A stretch of DNA of 32,000 nt, taken from assembly GCA_964354495.1 (NCBI GenBank), contig CAYHAA010000004.1:150001-182000 (forward strand). The letters run 5' to 3'. Source of the DNA: an uncultured archaeon (GTDB lineage Archaea > Asgardarchaeota > Thorarchaeia > Thorarchaeales > Thorarchaeaceae). The notes beneath the pieces are model-generated. The model searched no databases, had not been told where the DNA came from, and was given only the letters and a program-made list of their open reading frames with translations. Each line of letters begins with the position of its first letter. Within the stretch, counting starts at the first letter, position 1. The position numbers were made by a program, and so were the translations under genes. Shown here piece after piece: positions 25,801-32,000 of this stretch.

Positions 25801-26625
25801 ATGCAAGACCTGATTCAGGACGGAAGTTTTGTCTACATATTTCTTGATGCAAAGCGAAATTGGATTCGCAAAGTCCAGGCTGGAGAGAGCTTCCACTCAA
25901 ATAAGGGACTCATCAAGTACGACGACATCATTGGCAAGCCCTACGGTATCAGGACTGTGAGCCACTCGGGTGTTGTCTTCCAGGTGCACAGACCAAGCCC
26001 AACTGATATTCAGATATCTATGGGCCGAAACACGCAGATCATCTACCCAAAAGACGCGGGCACAATCCTTGTTGAGGCAGGTATTGGTGCAGGTTCACGC
26101 GTTGTCGAGGCCGGTACAGGCTCAGCTGCACTCACCGGTATGCTGGCACGAGCTGTGGGTCCGACAGGCCATGTCTACACCTATGAGATTCGAGAAGACA
26201 TGTTCCAGGGAGCAAGGAAGAATCTGGAGAAATTCGGACTGACTGAGAATGTCACCCAATACAACCAAGATATTCTTCAGGGCATCAAGGAAGAGGATAT
26301 CGATGCCGTCGTGCTGGACTTGGCAACACCATGGGAAGTCGTCGATGAGGCGCATAGAGTGCTTAAACCGAGTCATCACCTAGCAAGCTACAGTCCTACG
26401 ATTGAACAGGTCATGAAGACATGCACTGCCTTGGCTCGTGATGGAAAGTGGGGCATGATTAAGACGCTAGAAATCTTTGAGCGGGAGATCATGGTCAGAG
26501 AGAACAAGACCCGACCAACCACGTGGATGGTCGGACATACAGGGTATATGACATTTGCACGTAGTATGATAGAGCAAGAGGAGTACAAATCTTCAGAGTC
26601 AGTTCGACAGGAAACAAAGCCTTAA
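25801..26625 (+). CDS. trmI: tRNA (adenine-N1)-methyltransferase
   Basis: FHSNKG, TQIIYPKDAG, VVEAGTGSAALT, VLDLATPW, YSPTIEQV and GHTGY motifs. Confidence 0.95.
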   Translation: MQDLIQDGSFVYIFLDAKRNWIRKVQAGESFHSNKGLIKYDDIIGKPYGIRTVSHSGVVFQVHRPSPTDIQISMGRNTQIIYPKDAGTILVEAGIGAGSRVVEAGTGSAALTGMLARAVGPTGHVYTYEIREDMFQGARKNLEKFGLTENVTQYNQDILQGIKEEDIDAVVLDLATPWEVVDEAHRVLKPSHHLASYSPTIEQVMKTCTALARDGKWGMIKTLEIFEREIMVRENKTRPTTWMVGHTGYMTFARSMIEQEEYKSSESVRQETKP

Positions 26626-26668
26626 GTGCGCCCATTCCGTCTAGCTTGTTGTCGATTATTGTCGACGG

Positions 26669-27013
26669 TTGTTGATATTGATGACTTATCGGCACAAGCG
26701 GGACCCGTGTATGAAGAACGCCAAGGAAATCATTGAAGACATCCTTCGGGCGAAAGATGCTGATTACGATCTGACAGTTTCATCGCACAAGGGTTACTCT
26801 CTAAAGCGAAGGGATATGGTTCATAACGAGAATGGATCGAATGTTTTAGAGAGCGATGGTGCTAGAGAATGTACAGACCTCGATGAGATGGGGAACTACC
26901 GACCATGTCAGGAGATTGACTTTGAGGTCATGGAAGTCAAAGAGATCTTCGAGAAGAAGAAGAAGCGGAGAAACTACATCGAGTTTAGAGAGGACCATGT
27001 GAAAGCCAGATAA
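26669..27013 (+). CDS. Hypothetical charged protein (100-114 aa)
   Basis: ORF fills the gap between trmI and the wHTH gene, 12 nt before the next start. The start may be ATG 26711 (MKNAKE). Confidence 0.6.
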   Translation: MLILMTYRHKRDPCMKNAKEIIEDILRAKDADYDLTVSSHKGYSLKRRDMVHNENGSNVLESDGARECTDLDEMGNYRPCQEIDFEVMEVKEIFEKKKKRRNYIEFREDHVKAR

Positions 27014-27025
27014 GGAGAGGATGGA

Positions 27026-27400
27026 GTGTCCAACAACCACGATTTTGAAACGCTTGAGAAAGAGGTTCGAGAACTCAAGAAGACTGTCTACAGTCTCAAG
27101 AATACAGTCATTGAGCTCACAAACCAGCTGGAGTTGAGTGGCGGAGCCTCACCATATGAAGGCGGGCAGTACAGCATATTCACCAACAAATCCAACACGC
27201 TTGAGGGTGACGTGAGCTGGAACAGACTTCTCACTCTACTGAACAATGCTGAGCAAGGTCTCACTACGACAGAACTTGCAAAAAGATGGGGAAAGTCGAG
27301 GACGCGCACAAGTGAGGTACTGAATAAGCTGGCTGATGATGGCCAGATTGTCAAGTATAGAGATGGTCGGTTGATTCGATTCCGACCAGCTGAAGACTAA
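27026..27400 (+). CDS. Coiled-coil plus C-terminal winged helix-turn-helix protein, putative DNA-binding regulator
   Basis: N-terminal heptads LEKEVRELKKTVYSLKNTVIEL; C-terminal LTTTELAKRWGKSRTRTSEVLNKLADDGQIVKYRDGR fits a wHTH. Purine-rich RBS upstream. Confidence 0.8.
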   Translation: MSNNHDFETLEKEVRELKKTVYSLKNTVIELTNQLELSGGASPYEGGQYSIFTNKSNTLEGDVSWNRLLTLLNNAEQGLTTTELAKRWGKSRTRTSEVLNKLADDGQIVKYRDGRLIRFRPAED

Positions 27401-27595
27401 TCTATGACTGTCGTTTCAGGACTGCTTCAGGGTAAGAGTTTTCCCTCTCAAAAGAGGAGAGCGTGCTATTGCTCATGGTAAGTCATCAGATATGACTCAG
27501 AAGACAGTAGGCGCTACTTTCGTTTGGCGTAAGTACTCTTAAGTAAGTGCTAAGCTATTCACGCATGGGCAAGACTCATCTAGGAGGACCCATGA

Positions 27596-29920
27596 TTGGC
27601 CAATGCTCTACCCGGCTCCGAGAAGACAGATAGCACGCCTATCGAAGACGCTACAGTCTACACAAGTACGTTGTTTGAACTGAACCTAAAGGCGCAGGAT
27701 GCTGTGAGGGACTTTGCTCTTCATGATATTGATGATGAGGAAGGCCTTGAGAAAGATCGTATTGCCATGCACGATGCATTCACGGAACTATATGATAGTG
27801 TAGCAGCATTCGGTGAGCAGGTCATGATGGGAGACTTCGACATGGCCTACCTGAGGAACCGGATAGCAGAATCTGAGGGGGAAGTGAAGCAACAGCTCGA
27901 GACTGCAGTCGAGGAGCTCACTGCAGAGAACCAAAAAAATCTGGGAGATGTATGGATGGCAAAGGTCCTGGCATGGCTGCATCAGGCAGCTGCTGCAAGT
28001 GGACCATTCGTAGAGAACGAACATGATGACAAGCATCGTAGTGCGTCAAAGTACCTTGCGCGAGTGTACACAATGCTTGAGAAACCCTTCTCAGCAATTC
28101 CACAGAAGGTGGACGGAACACAGAAACTTCGGAGGGTCGCCCTTGGCTCTCAGGCGTACAATCTCTTGAAAGAATCATATGAAGAGAACGACGCGGAGTT
28201 CACATCAATTCTTGGAAATAACAAGAGCGCTGAGGCTGAATTCTATGACGAGTTCCTAAACGAATTGATTGGTCAAGAGAGCACATTTCGACAGGCCTTC
28301 AATCCGTTTGATGAATTAATCTGGAGAGACATTCTCAGCTCCTTCATCTTTGAACAGGCCACCGATCTGTACAATGAGGCCATACCACTCTTCTCAAAGA
28401 TCCGGGAATACAGAGAAAAAGTTTCAACAATGAAGTCGTGGAAGAGCAATACAGCAGGTCTGAGTGAGGTCTATCTTGCAATGACCTATACCGACATTGC
28501 AGATGCGCAAATGAGAGCCGGTAACCTGGAGGATGCAGCCAAGCTCTATTTGGTCGCCTCAGAGGCCTTTGGGAGAGCTGAGAAATGTTTCAGAGAGGTC
28601 ATCGCACTTCATCCAAATGCTGAACAATCCAAATTCGACAAAGAACAAAAGAAGGCGCTGAGCTTATTCTGCAGTGCGGAGGCATTGGTGCAGAGTCTCA
28701 CCGAGCTCATCAGATACAACAACAAGACAGCATCGAAGGACGCACTGAAGGAGATCTTCAAGAATCTCAACAAAGCCGAAAAACTGGAAAAGACAAGAGA
28801 GCTAGAAGGTGCAATCAAGGAGGAGCTCAAGACATTCACTTTTGTTGAGGGCCTCCTGAAGAAGAAAGGTGATGACATCAGTGGAATCATCGATCAAATC
28901 GACTTTGCCAAGGACTTGCGAAAGACAGGCCTGATTCAAGATATCAGCAAGGCCCTGGACGAGGCTGGGGGTCTAATGAGTAAGAAACCTGCAGACTCAT
29001 TGGATTCCATCAGAGAGGCTCTCAATACTTTGGGAATTCTCCTCAGCCTAGAACCCGAAGATGAGGAAGTCGGCAAGTTGAGGAACAAGACGCTGGCTCT
29101 TCTGAACAATATCAAGTACATGATACAGTTCCAGCTCAGCTCTCAATTGCAGCATGGTGTCAAGTTTATTCTCTCTCGGATTCTGGAGAATCTCCATGCA
29201 GAAGAGGCGGCGTCCTACTACAAGGTGATTGGGGAAGACCAGAACTGTGAAGAGCTGAAGGACCTTGGCAAACTGGCACTCGCCACAGCATTTGCCTCAG
29301 AGGCGCAGGTCTATTCGCGTCAATCTGACCAATGGGCATTCCGAGCACAGATTGAACGTGTGAATGCCTTTGAGAAGCTAAAAGACGAACTTGCTATTCT
29401 TGAAGAAGAGGATCCCGTTGAAGGCGCCATGGAAACGCATGATGACACTATCAACAAGATCAAGCAGACTGTCGCATCCTTTGAGGCGGCAGCAAATGAA
29501 CTGAATAGTGTCAAGGGTGCTGAGATTCGAAACAAGAACAATGTTGAGACTCAGGTGAAACAGCTTCAGGGAGTAGTCATGAAGTTCAGAGGAGACCTCT
29601 CGAGACTAGAGGGAGCAAAGAGCGACTTCATGGCAGAGTACATGTTTCGGAAGGGAGAGAAGTCCAAGGCCAAAATCCACTATACCGAAGCCAATGACCA
29701 GCTGAGAGAAGCAGTAGGTAATTACACTGTTGCGGCACAGGTATTCCAGCAGGTCGGCGATGCTCAGTCAGCACAGACTGTGGATGGGAAGGCAAAGACC
29801 ACGGACTTGCTAGCACGCAGCATCTGGGATAATAGACAACGGATGGACCAGGACCAAGAACCCACCCAGAAAGGGAATTCTGAGCTTGCAGCTCTGTACC
29901 TTGCGACGAGTAGTCAGTAG
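27596..29920 (+). CDS. Large acidic all-alpha TPR/SNAP-like solenoid protein (774 aa)
   Basis: AGGAGG RBS 7 nt before TTG 27596. TPR-like units such as GNLEDAAKLYLVASEAF and GEKSKAKIHYTEA..LREAVGNYTVAAQVF. No TM segments. Confidence 0.8.
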   Translation: MANALPGSEKTDSTPIEDATVYTSTLFELNLKAQDAVRDFALHDIDDEEGLEKDRIAMHDAFTELYDSVAAFGEQVMMGDFDMAYLRNRIAESEGEVKQQLETAVEELTAENQKNLGDVWMAKVLAWLHQAAAASGPFVENEHDDKHRSASKYLARVYTMLEKPFSAIPQKVDGTQKLRRVALGSQAYNLLKESYEENDAEFTSILGNNKSAEAEFYDEFLNELIGQESTFRQAFNPFDELIWRDILSSFIFEQATDLYNEAIPLFSKIREYREKVSTMKSWKSNTAGLSEVYLAMTYTDIADAQMRAGNLEDAAKLYLVASEAFGRAEKCFREVIALHPNAEQSKFDKEQKKALSLFCSAEALVQSLTELIRYNNKTASKDALKEIFKNLNKAEKLEKTRELEGAIKEELKTFTFVEGLLKKKGDDISGIIDQIDFAKDLRKTGLIQDISKALDEAGGLMSKKPADSLDSIREALNTLGILLSLEPEDEEVGKLRNKTLALLNNIKYMIQFQLSSQLQHGVKFILSRILENLHAEEAASYYKVIGEDQNCEELKDLGKLALATAFASEAQVYSRQSDQWAFRAQIERVNAFEKLKDELAILEEEDPVEGAMETHDDTINKIKQTVASFEAAANELNSVKGAEIRNKNNVETQVKQLQGVVMKFRGDLSRLEGAKSDFMAEYMFRKGEKSKAKIHYTEANDQLREAVGNYTVAAQVFQQVGDAQSAQTVDGKAKTTDLLARSIWDNRQRMDQDQEPTQKGNSELAALYLATSSQ

Positions 29921-29927
29921 ATGACTG

Positions 29928-32000
29928 CTATTGATAGGCGTAGACGGGTTGTGCTGACTCGATTTTCATTTGGATCGTATGGATACGTCTTGCCCGGAAG
30001 GGCATGAACTCGACACCGCCTGCATGGTAGAACTTACTGAACCATTCAACATAGTGGAGCCTCAGAGTGTGCATGAACCCTAGCAGACCCTCCAGAAGCC
30101 CCACAATGAATGTGCCCATGATGGCACCCAGCAATGGGAGGCTGGCAGGCACATGCTCCCCTTCAACAATGAACTCATGAGGAATAATCTCCACCCCAAA
30201 CAACTCCAAGGCAGGGAATGTGATTATGACCACCGCAGGCAACATCTCGATGAATACGGAGCTCAGAATGACATGGACCGTGTTCAGGGCGAAGATACGA
30301 GCATAGCTGACAGTGTGACTGATCATGCCAATTGCATGTTCTAGGAAAGCTACCATACCTTCCATTCCAGTCAACATAGAAGCAACAGCCATGATGGCAA
30401 AAGGAATGATGAAGAATGCTATTGAGAAGACCATGGGAGAGAGCGGCAAGGCAGGATATACTCCATTATTGCCTGTTCCATATCCTATACCTGCAATCGG
30501 TATCCAGAGATACACATTGTCTGTTGTACTGAACCACTTACCAACACTGTTGTAACTCACTCCAAATAGCAGGTTGACAAAGCCAATGTAGAGAATAAGA
30601 TATGAGGCAGCAGCGATAGCTTCTTTGTAGCTCTTGTGCTTCAACTTGTTATAGAGATTGAGAACGATTCCCAGAGAGAGATGAATCGCGCCAACCTCGA
30701 TTGAGAGCTTCAACATGTGTGAGTCTCTGTAGGGATTCTTCACACCATCAATTGTATGAGCAAACGTCTGCCAGAGTGGTTCGATGACGGTCTCAGCGCC
30801 GAAGAAGCTGCCGAATAAGAACCCGCCAATCGTTGCAGCGATTCCCATCATAATCAGCCCCTCAGCTCCATTCTGGACATATCCCATAATTGCACCCCAG
30901 CTCTGACCCTTCCTCTTGGCCCGCAAAGCGATCAGTCCAATGAGTATTATTAGAGGACCCTGACCTGCATCAGCAAAGACAAGACCAAAGATGATTGGAA
31001 ATGTTAGCCACATGATTTTGGTTGGGTCAAGATCGTGCCGGGAGGGAACACCAAATGACTTCACAACATCCTCGGTGGGTGCCATGAAGGAGGGGTTCGA
31101 AAGACAGGTCGGTGCTTCATGATCTGCGAATTCGGGCTTGTCAAAGGTCACTTCCAGAGCTGCACCCACGCTGGCGCGAAGAATCGGTTCCAACTGGGAC
31201 TCCCTGCTCTCTGGAATCCAGCCCCACATCTTGATGGACTGGTCTGTGTACACAATATATCTTTTGACCTCAATCCGTCTTCTCTCAACATCAAGAGCTT
31301 CCCATCCACCAAGAATTCTGCGGCCCCACTCACGAGCAATAGTCTTCTTTCTCTGAGTCAGGTTCTCAATCTCTTCCTCCAGCTGCTGCACTCGCTGGTC
31401 TGCATCTTCAACAATCTGCTCAGGTCTGCCACTCTCACCCTCCGGAATTGTGAATGCCTCGAACTCCAGAGCAGTGAGGATTCTCTCTACAGCATCTTTG
31501 AGCTCGACCGGGACTGTAATGACGCAGGCATAGGCACCGCTTTTCAAGGAGTATGTACTGAGAGTGAAGGCGCCTTCGGTCACCTCTTTGAGGCTCCACT
31601 CGAGTTCATCTTGCCTCCCTGATGGGACCAGTCCTGCAGTCGTGAACGTGAATTCTGTGGTACGAATGAGGCTCGGGTCGATTCCAAGAGGTTTCAGAGA
31701 GGTGGCAACAGCCTTGATTCCATTCTGACGTTCTGACTCAGTTCGAGCAACAATGAGCCCAGTGTCAAGCTCAAGGGCCTCGCTCTCAACCGCATCGATC
31801 ACTTCGGATGCAATCTTGAGGGAGTTCTGAATTGTCGAGTCATCGATCTCCAGGACTTTGCCTGAACGTCCCTCTTGAGAGAGCTCGAGCGTACTGACAA
31901 TCTTCTGCAGTCGATCCAGCAAGCTGAACGCGGTCTCCTCTTCTTGAGTCCTCTTTGCTTCAGCAAGACCGGCTTGGCGTCGTACGTCAATGAACTCGAA
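29928..32000 (-). CDS. atpI: A/V-type ATP synthase subunit I (a), 5' end outside window
   Basis: Frame is open to base 32000. DPTKIM..FPIIFGLVFADAGQG, SHTVSYARIFAL (essential Arg) and HTLRLHYVEWFSKFY..GG. Confidence 0.95.
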   Translation of the reverse strand, partial: FEFIDVRRQAGLAEAKRTQEEETAFSLLDRLQKIVSTLELSQEGRSGKVLEIDDSTIQNSLKIASEVIDAVESEALELDTGLIVARTESERQNGIKAVATSLKPLGIDPSLIRTTEFTFTTAGLVPSGRQDELEWSLKEVTEGAFTLSTYSLKSGAYACVITVPVELKDAVERILTALEFEAFTIPEGESGRPEQIVEDADQRVQQLEEEIENLTQRKKTIAREWGRRILGGWEALDVERRRIEVKRYIVYTDQSIKMWGWIPESRESQLEPILRASVGAALEVTFDKPEFADHEAPTCLSNPSFMAPTEDVVKSFGVPSRHDLDPTKIMWLTFPIIFGLVFADAGQGPLIILIGLIALRAKRKGQSWGAIMGYVQNGAEGLIMMGIAATIGGFLFGSFFGAETVIEPLWQTFAHTIDGVKNPYRDSHMLKLSIEVGAIHLSLGIVLNLYNKLKHKSYKEAIAAASYLILYIGFVNLLFGVSYNSVGKWFSTTDNVYLWIPIAGIGYGTGNNGVYPALPLSPMVFSIAFFIIPFAIMAVASMLTGMEGMVAFLEHAIGMISHTVSYARIFALNTVHVILSSVFIEMLPAVVIITFPALELFGVEIIPHEFIVEGEHVPASLPLLGAIMGTFIVGLLEGLLGFMHTLRLHYVEWFSKFYHAGGVEFMPFRARRIHTIQMKIESAQPVYAYQ

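Noticed and set aside
27440-27497. Small hairpin CCTCT/AGAGG and 6-bp dyad AGTCAT-N5-ATGACT
   Set aside because: Short enough to arise by chance, with no T-tract or second copy.
1-32000. tRNA/rRNA genes, CRISPR arrays, transposases, integrases
   Set aside because: No cloverleaf or T-loop patterns in intergenic gaps, no regularly spaced repeats and no mobile-element motifs seen by eye; a tRNAscan/Infernal run would be needed to exclude small RNAs.

Overview
Archaeal chromosomal window, most likely from an Asgard archaeon (Thorarchaeia-like). This is inferred from a Rab-type GTPase without a prenylation site, archaeal TrmI, A/V-ATPase subunit I, TATA-box promoters and many orphan proteins. I call 27 coding loci: 26 CDS (two cut by the window edges) and one pseudogene. 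In order: Old Yellow Enzyme (partial), a 1067-aa membrane-anchored S8 protease, a QW-repeat alpha-barrel protein, MscS, FGGY kinase, Ogt, SAM hydroxide adenosyltransferase, AcoX/NAD-kinase-like protein, an orphan, a Rab-like GTPase, FAS1, a broken alpha/beta hydrolase, a phosphohexomutase, a 128-aa orphan, a complete bacillithiol-like bshB/bshA/bshC cluster, PLP aminotransferase, PyrF, a polytopic membrane orphan, a small orphan, a stand-alone HerA/FtsK ATPase, TrmI, an orphan, a coiled-coil/wHTH protein, a 774-aa TPR-like solenoid and ATPase subunit I (partial). Top candidate: the 128-aa protein at 15299-15685 (coiled coil + polyproline + C-terminal WH2/central-like basic helix), which looks like a minimal WASH/WAVE/VASP-type actin regulator. 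The archaeal bacillithiol pathway with altered BshB and BshC is second. I saw no tRNA, rRNA, CRISPR array or mobile element by eye. No searches were run; family calls rest on motifs and recalled sequences.
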